DNA of 64,000 bases from Torpedo marmorata (lineage: Eukaryota). Under the pieces are notes generated by a model, which did not search any database, was not told the DNA's origin, and worked only from the letters and a program-made list of their open reading frames with translations. A program made the translations under genes and the position numbers. The first letter of the stretch is position 1, and every line of letters starts with the position of its first letter. The stretch covers positions 228,904,001 to 228,968,000 of the forward strand of contig OZ360222.1 of NCBI GenBank assembly GCA_977017645.1, read 5' to 3'. Below, piece by piece: positions 11,807 to 24,110 of the stretch.

Positions 11807-14800
11807 GACTCCTTGCGTGCAGCTCTGTCGGGAATAATCAAATATTCCCGTTCAGAACTTCTAAAAATCAGACAAAAAACAAGGAACACAAAAGCAAACT
11901 TACCCAACAACGTGGATGTCCAAAGATTGCTGGCAAAACTAGGAATCGGCACCGCGGGACCTTTAAACAACTCACGCAAGTACAGCTGCAACACCGCGGG
12001 AGTTTTAACCAGCCAGAGAACGGGCCATTTAAACTTCGCAGGAGTCGCAGACAGCAGGCGCTCAACACAATTAAAAATCGCGCAGGATTTAAAGGGACAG
12101 CGCACCAACCATTTAAACACTGCGGGACCTACCGGCAGCGGACCCAAGGGCCAGGTAAAGAAGTCCCGACCACGTGGACGCAGAGGGGGGCTACAAGTCA
12201 AGCTGAGATGCGGGAACCTGAAGCTTCCACTCCCTACCATCCTCCTGGCCAACGTACAATCCTTGGAGAACAAATTTGATGAACTCCAAGCCAGACTTCA
12301 ACTTCAGAGAGTCATCAGGGAGTGCTGCGTGATGTGCTTTACAGAAACGTGGCTAAACAAGGACATTCCAGACAAGGCGCTACAGCCCAAGGGCTACACA
12401 CTCCATCGTGCTGACCGAACACCGGCATCTGGAAAAACCAGGGGAGGCGGCGTGTGTGTCATCATCAACTCATCGTGGTGCACAGACGTGACGGTCATGT
12501 CCCAGTCCTGCTCCCCCGACCTGGAACATCTGGCAATCAAGTGTCGCCCATTCTATCTGCCGAGGGAGTTCACCGCCATCATCCTGGTCGTAGTGTACAT
12601 TCCGCCCCAGGCTAACGTCCGGCTGGCACTGGAGGGACTGAGCACTGTGATAAACAGCCATGAGACAGCACATCCTGATGCCTTCCCGATACATAGCGGG
12701 AGACTTCAATCAGGCCAATCTGAAGAAGTCACTGACAAACTTCCACCAACACATCACTTGCGAGACCAGGGGAACCAACACACTCGACCACTGCTACACC
12801 ACCGTGAAGAACGCATACCGAGCCATACCACGACCGCACTTCGGCAAGTCTGATCACCTGGCTGTACTTCTACTCCCGGCGTACAAGCAGAGACTGAAGA
12901 CCACAGCACCAGTGGAGAGGACGGCGAAAGTGTGGTCGAGGGAGGCGGAGGAGCGTCTGCAGGACTGCTTTGAATCGGTGGACGGGAACATATTCAAGCA
13001 CTCAGCCATAAACCTAAATGAATATGCAACAGGTGTCACCGACTTCATCAAGACCTGCGTGGATGAGTGTATGCCCACGCGCAAATACCGGGTGTTCCTC
13101 AACCAGAAGCCCTGGATGAATCAAAGAATTCGCAACCTGCTGAGGACGAGAACAAGGGCGTTTAAGGCCGGGGACCGGGATCTTTACAAAAAGTCCAGGC
13201 ACGACCTGCGGAAGGCCATCTCAGAAGGAAAGTGGCAATTCCGAAGGAAGCTAGAGACAGAGACAGATACACGCCAGCTATGGCAGGGAGTGCAGACCAT
13301 TACAGCCTACAAAGCGAGGGCGAACACTATAGACGGCTGTGATGCTTCACTACCCGATGAGCTGAACACCTTCTATGCCCGCTTTGAGAAGAAGAACAAA
13401 ACAGTGCCTAATAGAATCCGTGAAAAGGCTGAGGACCCTGTGATATCTGTCTCTGAGGGCGACGTCAGAACATCATTCAAGAGGGTGAACCCTCGCAAGG
13501 CGTCAGGCCCTGACGGCGTACCTGGCAGGGTATTGAAAATCTGCGCCAACCAACTAGCCGGAGTGTTCACGGACATTTTCAACCTCTCATTGCGGCAGTC
13601 AGAGGTTCCCACCTGCTTCAAAAGGGCATCAATCATCCCGGTACCCAAGAAGAGTAGTGTGAGCTGCCTCAACGACTACCGCCCAGTAGCACTAACTTCT
13701 ACTGTGATGAAATGTTTTGAGAGGCTGGTCATGGCCAGAATTAACACATACCTAAGCAAAGATCTGGACCCACTGCAATTCGCCTATCGCCACAACCACT
13801 CCACAGCAGATGCAATATCGCTGGCTCTCCACTCAGCTCTGGATCACCTCGAAAACAGCAATTCATACATACAGTTGCTCTTCATCGACTACAGCTCGGC
13901 CTTCAATACCATTATTCCCTCAGTGCTGGTCAAGAAGCTACAAAGTCTAGGCCTCTGTACCCCCCTCTGCAACTGGATCCTTGACTTTCTCATCGGAAGA
14001 CCACAGTCAGTACGAATTGGAAACAACGTCTCCTCCTCACTGATTATCAACACAGGCGCACCCCAAGGATGCGTGCTTAGTCCACTGCTCTACTCGTTAT
14101 ACACTCATGACTGTGTGGCCAGGCACAATTCCAATTCCATATACAAATTTGCCGATGACACCACAGTTGTCGGCAGAATCACAAACGGCAATGAGGAAGC
14201 GTATAGGAGGGAGATAGATCAGCTCGTTGAATGGTGTAATGACAACAACCTTGAGCTCAACGTCAGCAAAACCAAGGAGATGATTGTGGACTTCCGGAGG
14301 AAGTCAGGGGAACACGACCCAGTCCTCATCGAGGGCTCAGTCGTGGAGAGGGTCAAGAACTTCAAATTCCTGGGTGTCAACATCTCCGAGGATCTGTCCT
14401 GGAGGATCCATGTGGATGCAATCACAAAGAAGGCTCGTCAGCGGCTATACTTTGTGAGGTGTTTGCGAAGATTCGGTATGTCACCAAAGACTCTCGTAAA
14501 CTTCTACAGGTGTACCGTGGAGAGCATTCTGGCTGGTTGCATCACTGCCTGGTATGGTGGCGCCAACTCCCAGGACAAGAGTAAACTCCAGAAGGTTGTT
14601 AACTCGGCCTGTGACATCACAGGCACCAAACCTCACTCCATTGAGGACATCTATATGAGGCGGTGTCTTAAAATAGCAGCCTCTATCCTCAAGGACCCCC
14701 ACCACCCAGGCCATGCCCTCTTCACTCTGCTTCCATCGGGGAAAAGGTACAGGAGCCTAAAGACGAGCACTCAACGGCACAAGGACAGCTTCTTCCCCGC

Positions 14801-14980
14801 TGCCATCAGATTCCTGAGTAATCAGTGAACCAAAGACACTGCCTTACTTTTCGTGCACTATTGTTTATAATTTTTTTATAGTAATGTCGTTAGAATGGTT
14901 AATATGAATGTTAATTGCTCTATGATGCTGCCGCAAAACACCGAATTTCATGACTTGTTCATGACAATAAATTCTGATTC
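11807..14980 (+). mobile_element. Near full-length Rex1/Babar non-LTR retrotransposon
   Basis: APE endonuclease plus RT; 3' tail CAATAAA(TTCTGA)n; TGATCT on both flanks (11801-11806, 14981-14986). Confidence 0.93.
11813..14828 (+). pseudogene. Rex1 APE-RT ORF with a single frameshift near 12690
   Basis: LLANVQSL, FTETWL, GDFN, SDH (APE); YRPVAL, GAPQGCVLSP, KFADD, KFLGV (RT); KKARQRLYF C-terminal region. Confidence 0.92.
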
Positions 14981-15569
14981 TGATCTCTGAATGGATATAG
15001 GTGCTGTCTCTGTGTATTATCCTTATCATAGGAAATACATAATAAGTGGCTTTTAAAATAAGTAAAACCACTTTCAAATTGTTTCTAAGAAAAGAGGACA
15101 TCAACGTATGTTACTCCTGTTAAGAAAGAAATCATCTTGAAGATTACAGTTCTGTAACCCTAGCAAGATAGGGGGAAACTTGTGAACACTCGTATGAAGA
15201 CTATCTCTGAAAGACAACTCATCAAAAGACGTGTGAGTTTGAAAGAAATCGAATGCTCCATTCTTGCTTTATAATAACTTCTGAATCACAATTTAAATGA
15301 TCCTGACGTTCAACAAAAGAAGTTGGAAACTGGACTTTAAAAATTGACTTTTTCAGAATTAAGTTTAAACTGAACTAGTTTGGACTTTAACACACACACA
15401 TTTACATTTGCGCAGAGTGGAGTTTAAGTTAGAGTTAAGTTTAGAGATAAGTAAGATATGTTATGTTATTAATAGTTTAAATAAAAACTATTTTTGAATT
15501 TACCATTGTCTGGTGCATATTCCATTGCTGTTCCTTTGTTAGTACTAACAGGGTTTGTTAGTTCATAAC

Positions 15570-15570
<1 letters not shown>

Positions 15571-15618
<48 letters not shown>

Positions 15619-15763
15619 TAGATAAGAATAGTGTTTATAGACATTTATAGTGGGGTTAATAGTTAAGAAATGATATGTTTAATTGTCTTTAATAAATATA
15701 CATTTCAATTTTGCCCCTTTTGCATTGCATCTTCTGTCGTTGCTGGTTTGAGTTTGTATAATA
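15571..15763 (+). repeat. 3' portion of a second copy of LTR A, starting with (CA)n
   Basis: Aligns with 2290-2464 (TTTAGATAAGAATAGTGTTTATAGAC...CTTCTGTC.TTGCTGGT.TGA.TTTGTA). Confidence 0.85.
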
Positions 15764-15814
15764 TATAAAATACGTAAATAAATGGAAATAAAATTAATTT
15801 TAAAAATACACATT

Positions 15815-16696
15815 AATAGCTCAGTAGTGGAGAGCACCGAGTTCACCAAGGCTGAGGTGGGCAAGACTACCAGCCACCATTTTCTCAACTTTCTACAGGA
15901 GCTCCATTGAGAGCGTCCTGGCTGGCTGATCACAGTGTGGTAGTGTTGCTGTAAATAATTGGATTGGAGGTCAATCCACAGGACCATAAAAGCGGCAGAG
16001 AGGTTCACTGAGGTCTCTCTCCCCTCCATCGATGTGATTTGCCAGGATCGTTGTTTAAAGAGAGCTCACAAAATCTGTGAGCACCCCTACTGGGGTATAG
16101 CATCTCCAACTACTCTTGTCAGGAAAGAGATACAGAAGTATTAGAGCCAGATCTACCAGGCTGAGGAGCAGCTCCTTCCCACGAGCAGTGAGACTGCTGA
16201 ATGACTGCTGAACTGCTAAAAAACTCCCCGTGACTCTACTATTTATTAATAATTTATATATATTTTTTAGACATACAGCATGGTAACAAGTCCTTTTGGC
16301 CCACGAGCCCATCCCACCCAATTACACCCAATTGACCTACAACCCCCAGTATGATTTGTTTTGAATAGTGGGAGGAAACCGGAGCACCCGGAGGAAACCC
16401 ACGCAGACACAGGGAGAACGTACCAACTCCTTACAGACAGCGTGGGATTCGAACCCCAGTCCCGATCGCCTGCGCTGTAACAGCATTGCGCTAACCGCTA
16501 CACTAACCGTTCCGCCCCTTTTAATGTAATATATGTATATAAGAGATATATATACTGGAGGTTCTGTGTATATGTATTGTTTGTCTGTATGTGTGTTTGC
16601 ATTGTTTCTGCACCATGGACCGGTGAACGCTGCTTCGTCGGGTTGTACTGTTACATTATGGTTAGGGTTAGGATGATAAATAAACTTGAACTTGAA
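15815..16696 (+). mobile_element. Degenerate, deleted Rex1-like 3' fragment (with SINE inside)
   Basis: Remnants resembling ...IESVLAG..TVW, LPSIDVI..DRCL, and tail AATAAA(CTTGAA)2. Confidence 0.65.
16266..16518 (-). mobile_element. tRNA-derived V-SINE (HE1-like)
   Basis: Minus strand: tRNA-like head with B-box GGTTCGAATCC, then GTGTCTGCGTGGGTTTCCTCCGGGTGCTCCGGTTTCCTCCCAC core. Confidence 0.85.
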
Positions 16697-17950
16697 TAGA
16701 GATGATGGTGTGAGGCAAAAGTAGAAGTGATCGTGTAAGAAGAGAAACAATATTTTTTTTAAATAGAGAAGGTGGAAATTGGAGCAGCAAGATCAATACT
16801 TGAAATTGTTGAAGCCCTGGAAGGTTGTAGTGTGTTTGATCAAGAACATGAAGTGCTTTTCCTCAAGGTACTTTGAACTTCTGCGGAATAGTGTAGTGTG
16901 GAAATAACAGAGTGGTAGGCAGTGTAAATTGACAGAACCCTGATGCTTGGAGTAGTGTATGGAGTAAATGAAAGTTTTAGCTATGTAGTCACCAATCTGT
17001 GGTCTTCCCAAAACCTTACTTTCTCATTTTTTGCACTAATTTATTTATTTTAAATGCGATTTAGAGCGATATTTGCACTGTAATGTTGCTGCAAAACAAC
17101 GAATTTTGTGTCATGTTCATGAAAATAAGTTCTAATTCTGATAAGGGAGGCTATTCTGTGAACATTGAATGCAGTATTTAAATTGCAATGAAAAGTTATT
17201 AGGATATTAGATGATATTGGGATATCGATAATAAAGTACTCGACTTCAATGTTTTGGACAACATTTGCATCCGTAACTTTTCATATATTCAGAGAAATGG
17301 GAAAACTGAGCAAAGTTTCAATGGCTAAAGATGAGCTTTTTGAGTTTTTGAGTTTTCTTACAGTCGCTGTGGTTTTCTGATCTGTGCACAGCTCTGATTT
17401 GATTGAAATCAAACATTATGCTACAGATATCTAATGTGAGTAATGTGATGTCTGAATGCAATATTTATGTTTGAAGTTACAGAAGCTTGGATCTAGGTTA
17501 GGTGTCAAGAGGTTTCTCTTTTCACAAAGGATCATTGACCATTGTAAGTTCATGCAGTGAATGCAGTTCGCAGCAAATATTTAAAGAGACTGCGTGAGTT
17601 CCTGGAAATGTCTGAGGGTGGTGCATGCAAAAGTTTGATGAGCTTTAATTGGGCATGAGTTTGAACATCACTGTTACTTCCTGGAACTTGTTTTTGACCA
17701 CATTAAGAAGTTTATTTTAAATTAATTTCGGACTTCCTGTTTGCTCTCCCACGTGGGAGCATTACAGGGACCTTGGGCATATTGAGATGGTAAGAATAAG
17801 TGAACGGATTCAATGATAATTATTTTCTGCCTGCCTTTTTCAAAGTGAGATGTCATTATCAAACAAGGTGGACATTGTATTGCATTAAATGTACAATGGA
17901 CTTGAATTTTTGTATTTTATAAAAAAAATCGGCACAATTGGCGTACAAGA

Positions 17951-18320
17951 CGGCACAGTTAGCCTAGCTTTTAGCACAACACTATTACAGCACCAGCAAC
18001 CCGGGTTCAAATCCGTCGCTGTCTGTAAGGAGTTTGCTCATTCTTCCCATGTCTGTGCGGGTTTCCTTCGGGTGCTTCGGTTTTCTCCCATGTTCCAAAC
18101 ACGAATGGGTTTGTAGGTTAATTGGTCACATGGGTTTAATTATGCCAGTGGTTCTCGACCATTTTTTCCACTCACCTATAGAATGCCATAGGTGCTCTCT
18201 GATTAGTAAGGGATTACTTAAGGTGGTATGTGAGTGGGAAAAAAAATTTGAGAACCATTGAATTAGGTGGAGCGGGCTCATGGGCCAGAAGATCCTATTG
18301 CCCTGTTCTGTCTCTAAATT
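17951..18320 (+). mobile_element. V-SINE interrupted by a hAT-type MITE
   Basis: GGGTTCAAATCC B-box, GGGTTTCCTTCGGGTGCTTCGGTTTTCTCCCA core; tail resumes at 18261. Confidence 0.8.
18146..18260. mobile_element. 115-bp hAT-type MITE
   Basis: TIRs CAGTGGTTCTC / GAGAACCATTG; imperfect 8-bp TSD AATTATGC / AATTAGGT. Confidence 0.8.
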
Positions 18321-19129
18321 TAATTTAAAATTTCAATTAAAAATATATATTTGGTTTAGTTCAAGGAGTTTTGTTGTGTTCTATCAGGGTTCAGCAAAAT
18401 GCAGTCATTTTTGAAAAAAAGCACCGAAAAGAAGCATCAAATTTCAGTCTCTGGCAAGCACAAACAAAATCAAAAATGCTACTAATAATTACAGACTCAT
18501 TTGAGCTTTAAGTTAATTATTTATTTGACAAAATATTCATTCTCTTTCATTCAGTTGTTCCTGTTTTCCCCACAGTTTCACATATTCTGCCTTATTCACC
18601 ACTGACCACAAGAAAATGGGATTGGTCAGTGGTCTATGTGAAGATTTGAAATCCACGGACCACTGTATTAAAACAAAATTAAAGAAAATTTATATTTTGC
18701 ATTATTCACATTTATTGCTGGCATCAGTTCTCCAGGGATTTACAAAATAAAGAAAGCAATGTGCAAGTTGGCCTTCATGGGTTTTTTTCTGGCTTTTTTA
18801 TGGTAAAAGGAGAAGTTATGCTTTAGATTGCTTTACCTGCAGCAAATCTACATTGTAATCATGGCAAAAGCAGATAACTATTGTATAACACAACAAACTT
18901 TTGCGCTACAAAGATCAAAAACTCTACCAAGTTCTCGGGACATGGAAAGAATATGTCTGAAAGTTTGTTCTGTGACCTTTAGGCATAAAACATAAGTGTA
19001 GAGGATGCTTGGCATGCACATTCACTTCCAATGGTCCACAAACTGTGCTTGGTCATCACTTGCACGTAACTTTTCTGTGCATTCAAGACCTGTGAATGAA
19101 ACAGACCAAACATACCACAGCAGACGCTG

Positions 19130-19636
19130 TGATTGCAGTGCAATACACAAAAGTGTTGGAAAAACTCAGCATGTCATGCAAATTCCATAGGAAGTACAGG
19201 AAAATAACCAACCTTTCGGCCCTGAGTCTTTCATCAACATATTAGCAGAAAGCAGGCAGGCACCTAAATAAAAAGGTAGAGGGAGGAGGGAAGAAAGGCA
19301 GGGGAGGAGCACAAGCTAACAGGTGAAGGTCATAGGTGGATATGGGTGGGACGGCAGAAGAGAAAATAGCTGAGAAAATGATAGGGGAAGGGGGTAGCTC
19401 TCTGAATGGAGAGGGAAGGAGGTGAGGTGGGGAGCTGAAGGAAAGGAGACAGAGGGATAGGGAAAGAGAAAGAGACAGGTGAGGGGCCTTACGGAAACTG
19501 GAGACCTTCCAGTGGCCAACGATTTAAATTCCACACCCCATTCCTACGCCAACCTGTCTGTCCATGGCCTCATACACTGCCAAACCGAGGCCTCCCGCAA
19601 ATTGGAGAAACAACACCTAATATTCCATCTGGGCAC
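19130..19636. mobile_element. Penelope 3' fragment with internal inversion
   Basis: 19130-19505 is the tail in minus orientation; 19506-19636 on plus resembles the GIY-YIG C-terminal segment (LSVHGL...LEKQHLIF) of the element at 51528-51755. Confidence 0.75.
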
Positions 19637-19750
19637 TTTTTTATAGTAATGTCGTAAGATGGTAATAATATAAATGTTTGCACTGTGATGCTGCCGCAAA
19701 ACACCGAATTTCATGACTTGTTCATGACAATAAATTCTGATTCTGATTCC
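19637..19750 (+). mobile_element. Rex1 3' UTR fragment
   Basis: Closely matches 14870-14985, ending CAATAAATTCTGATTCTGA. Confidence 0.85.
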
Positions 19751-20756
19751 AGTTTCTGTTGGGCAGAGTGGCTAAACTGGCCATCAGAGATTTTCTTACA
19801 TGTTTCTTGTTCGGAGCTCGTTCTACCTCTCACCTTGCACTCAATGTCTTTGTCATGCAATAGCCATGCAGGACCTTGCAATAAGAGTTTGAGCAGATTC
19901 CATATTTCAAGTTCCAACATTAGATAAGTTTGAATTTTATGCCGTTTTCAGTGGTTGTTTGTCGGTGTCTCACCACTGACCACACATTCTGCGCTATTGC
20001 TGGCCCGTTGGAAATTAATCTGGAGTTTTATCAGGCCATGCCTGGTCTCAAAGCTCTATAGCTGCTTCATCAATAGCCTTTCTTCCATCGTAATATTAGA
20101 GTGGGGTATGTTTGCTGATGATTGATCAATGTTTTATAGCATTGAGAACTTCTAGAAAGTGAAGCAGTTCATGCCCACATGGACTTAGATTTAGAGGGCA
20201 TTGATGGATGGGCTGATAACTGTCAAGTCAAGTAAGTGTCAAGTAATGACCAATTCCACCACATGCTCCTGATATATCAATGACTTTCTACTATGCTCAT
20301 TGGAGAGGTCAGTAATGTGATATTATATTCTCCATTTGGTTGGATGTGTGCAGCTCCAACAAACACAGCACCATCAAGAACACAGCAATCGACTTTGACA
20401 CCCTATTGCAACAGCATCTGCCAATAGCATGACTTAACTACCAAGGACAGTTGGCCCATGGAAACACCTCCACCTACAGATTGAGGTTCTTACATCACAG
20501 CATCCCAGGTTTCCAAACCTGCCTGATTTGTGGTCCAATAATTGTTTACCGGATCACTAATTAAATCTAACAGCTACCTGATCTAAGGTGTATCTTTTAC
20601 AGTGGATGTTCAAATAAATTTCACGCTCCAAATCTATTATAATGTCTGCAACCAACTTTCAAATCAACACAATCTTGAAAAGATTTAAAATTTATAACAG
20701 GGAGAAAAACTGATCAGAACCAGTGAATTTTTTAGTCATTTTAAATTTAATTTTTC

Positions 20757-20998
20757 GTAATTTAGACATACAGCATAGTAACAGGCCCTTTCGGCCCACG
20801 AGCCCGTGCCGCCCAATTACACCCAATTGACCTACAATCCCGGTACGTTTTGAACGGTGGAAGGAAACCAGAGCACCCGGAGGAAACCCACGCAGGCATG
20901 GGGAGAATGTACAAACTCCTTACAGTCAACACCGGATTCGAATCCCGGTCCTGGTCGCGGGCACTGTAACAGCATTGCGCTAACCGCTATGCTAACGT
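20757..20998 (-). mobile_element. V-SINE (HE1-like)
   Basis: Same head, core and tail as 16266-16518. Confidence 0.85.
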
Positions 20999-21027
20999 TT
21001 GCAGGTAAGTTTTCATTTGCAGGTTTT

Positions 21028-22794
21028 GTTTTTTTAAAATATTTTATTTAAATTTTTAAATCACGAAATACATAAGATAAAATATAAAATTATCAAAATA
21101 CATGTGATATATTTTCACCCTCCCTCCCTCCCTCCCCTCCCCAACCCCCCCACCCAACCCCACTAATCTAATAAAAATATTTTTAAAAAAAAGTAAAAAT
21201 AGAAAAAAAAAAGAAAGAAAAGGATAGAGTAAGGGGAATGCCATCTCTAAACTAATTCTATTATGGAGGTCCAGCATGCCAGTAGATCCGATATCCAGAG
21301 ATCATCAAATCCTTAAACCCACAGCTCTCATATATGGGCTCCAAATTTTTAAGAAAAAATGACATTTATTACGTAAATTATAGGTAATTTTTTCAAGTGG
21401 TATACACGAACAGAGTTCTACATGCCATCTTTCTAATTCTAAATCTAAATCAGATTTCCAAGTAATAGCAATGCATTTTTTTAAAACAGCTAAAGCAATT
21501 TGTAAAAATTCTACTTGAAACATATTTAATTTCATCTTAATGCTAAACTTTCTAATATCTCCAAACAAAAATATCATAGGATCCATTGGAAATGTAATTT
21601 TAAATACTTTATCTAAAAATTTTTTAACTTTCAACCAAAAATCATAAACTTTTGGACAAAACCATGTAGAATGTACAAAGGAACCTTCCTCTTTATTACA
21701 TCTAAAACATAAACCTGATAATGTCGGATCAAATTTCTTTAATTTTTTAGGTGTTAAATATAATTGATGAAAAAAATTATATTGTACTAGTCTATATCTA
21801 ACATTAATAATCTTCGTCATACTTAATTTACATAATTCTTTCCAGTGATTTTCATCTATTCTTACATTCAAATCTAGTTCCCATTTTAATCTTGATTTAT
21901 GCAAACCTACTTTAAGCATTTTCCTCTGAAACAATTTATACATTTGAGAAATAAATTTATTAACATCTCCATTAGTAACTAATAATTCTAATTCATTTTG
22001 TCTTGGTAAAATCAAAGCATAACCTAATTTCTCAATCAAAAAAGCTCTAATTTGATAATAAGCAAAAAGTGTATTATCTAATATATTAAATTTATCTTTC
22101 ATTCTTTGAAACGTAATAAATTTCCCAGCTTCAAAACAATCACTAATCTTCTTAATTCCTTTTTGAAACCAAATTTTAAATAATTGATTATTAATAGTAA
22201 ATGGAATAAGTCCATTTTGATATAAAGGCATCTTTGAAGAAATCAATCCTTTTCCTCCTATTTCCTTGTCTGTCTTATTCCATATTTCTAACAGATGTTT
22301 AAAAATAGGCAAATTTTTCTTTTTTGTTGATATTAATTTTGAATCCCATTAATAAATAATTTCTTCTTTGGAATCATCGCCTATATTATTTAATTCTATT
22401 TTAATCCAAGCAGGAAATTTAGTTGAATCAAAAAATTCATTAACAAATTTCAATTGAGCTGCTTTATAATAATTTTGAAAATTAGGAAGTTGTAAGCCAC
22501 CCATTTCATAATTCCAAGTTAATTTTTCCATACCTACTCTTGCTAACTTTCCTTTCCATAAAAATTTCCTAATAATTGAGTTTAAATCTTTAAAAATGTT
22601 TTGAAGAATTCCATAAGGAATTGATTGAAAAAGATACTGAATTCTTGGAAAAATATTCATTTTAATACAATTTACTCTTCCCATTAGAGTTATAGGTAAA
22701 TCTTTCCAATTCTCTAAATCTTTCTTTATTTTCACAAATAATGGTAAATAATTTAATTTATATAAATTATCCAATTTTGTATCAACCCTTACTG
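21028..22794 (-). mobile_element. 5'-truncated L1 (same family as 4133-6291)
   Basis: ORFs 22349-22774 and 21305-22312 highly similar to 4381-5957; 13-bp TSD ATTTGCAGGTTTT at 21015-21027 and 22795-22807. Confidence 0.93.
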
Positions 22795-23407
22795 ATTTGC
22801 AGGTTTTAACATAAGAAAATCCTAGTCTGCAGTACCTGAAAAGACCATTGAGTCCTTGTGGCAGATATAAGTGTCTGGGAAATATCTCTTGAACCAGATT
22901 GATGTTTGCTCCAGGCCCAAATCCTTCTCCACCTACCTTGTATTTGCCAGGTTAATCATTACACCCAGAGTAGCCATGGTATCCATTCTGTACATTCACC
23001 ACTTTTCACATCAAGTATTTACATTTAAAATGCACATGCAATTTCCCTGTAGGTTTAAAGCTAAGTCCTACCTCACCATGTGTGATGTTATCAATCATAT
23101 CAGTGTTGATCTTATCTATAGCTTTTGGGATATTTCACCAAGATCATCCATTACAAATCTTTTCTCCAGTATAAATATTGTCTGCTTCTGCTACCACTTC
23201 TTACAGCAAGTCACTAAAATTTACAAACACTTGAAATTTATTCTTGAATCCTCTTGATATCCTTTTCATTTACTTCACCATTGCTAGACACTTTGTTAAA
23301 GGTTTCATCAAGCTATTGGCACATAGGCTGTCATCCCTCTTTTGCAACATATTGGATAATGTTTTCGGAGTACCTTATCTCTCATTAAACTAACTAATTG
23401 AAGAATA

Positions 23408-23719
23408 CAGGTAGTCCTCAACTTACGACCGTGTTCCGTTCTGACCGACCGGTTGTATCTCGAAATGGACGTAAGTCGGAAGTACGTTAGCATGGCATGT
23501 AGAAGTCGTAAATTGGTTGATTACCTTCATTTTCAATTCCAAATTGAGCATCAGCAGGGGATCTATCAGCAGGGGATGGGTTTTTCCTCTTGCTCGTCAT
23601 CTTCTTTGGCGAGCTTACAGCGCTTACGTCACATACACACGCTGCCATTATTTTTATTTTTTTCAGTCGTATGTACGGATGGTCGTAAGTCACATAGGTC
23701 GTAAGTCGGGGACTACCTG
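23408..23719. mobile_element. Tc1/mariner-pogo (Tigger-like) MITE
   Basis: ~23-bp TIRs CAGGTAGTCC.C.ACTTACGACC, TA on both flanks. Confidence 0.88.
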
Positions 23720-23807
23720 TATATGCAAAGACGCCAATGTATTTTATATACGATTTATTTTTCCAGATCAAATGCAGGGAATTATACTTAAAAATTCAGG
23801 TAACTGA

Positions 23808-24110
23808 TCAGAATCATAATTTATTGTCATGAACAAGTCATGAAATTCGATGTTTTGCGGCAGCATCACAGTGCAAACATTCATATTATAACCATCTTAC
23901 GACATTACTATAAGGAAATATAAATAATAGTGCACGAAAGTAAGGCAGTGTCTTTGGTTCATTGATTATTCAGGAATCTTATGGCAGAGGGGAAGAAGCT
24001 ATCCTTGTGCTGTTGAGTGCTCGACTTTAGGCTCCTGTATCTTTTTCCCGATGGTAGCAGAGTGAAGAGGGCATGGCCTGGGTGGTGGGGGTCTTTGAGG
24101 ACAGAGGCAG
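23808..24110 (-). mobile_element. Rex1 3' fragment
   Basis: KDPHHPGHALFTLLPSGKRYRSLK matches the ORF end at 14690-14828, followed by the same 3' UTR. Confidence 0.9.

Larger units (their letters stand above)
11173..15570 (+). repeat. 3' LTR (type B), split by Rex1 insertion
   Basis: Begins TG after the PPT; resumes after Rex1 at ~14987; AATAAA near 15480; ends ...CATAACA; no visible match to the start of LTR A. Confidence 0.65.
1576..15763 (+). mobile_element. Gmr1-like Gypsy LTR retrotransposon complex (degenerate, probably chimeric, with nested LINEs)
   Basis: LTR-PBS-gag-IN-RT-RH-PPT-LTR order with integrase upstream of RT, diagnostic of Gmr1-like Ty3/Gypsy elements. Confidence 0.88.

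Noticed and set aside
16400-16518. tRNA gene (B-box GGTTCGAATCC)
   Set aside because: It continues into the V-SINE core and occurs in several diverged copies; it is a SINE head.
22840-23400. 128-aa plus-strand ORF at 22871-23257
   Set aside because: No motifs; the minus strand looks like a very decayed LINE RT remnant, too weak to call.
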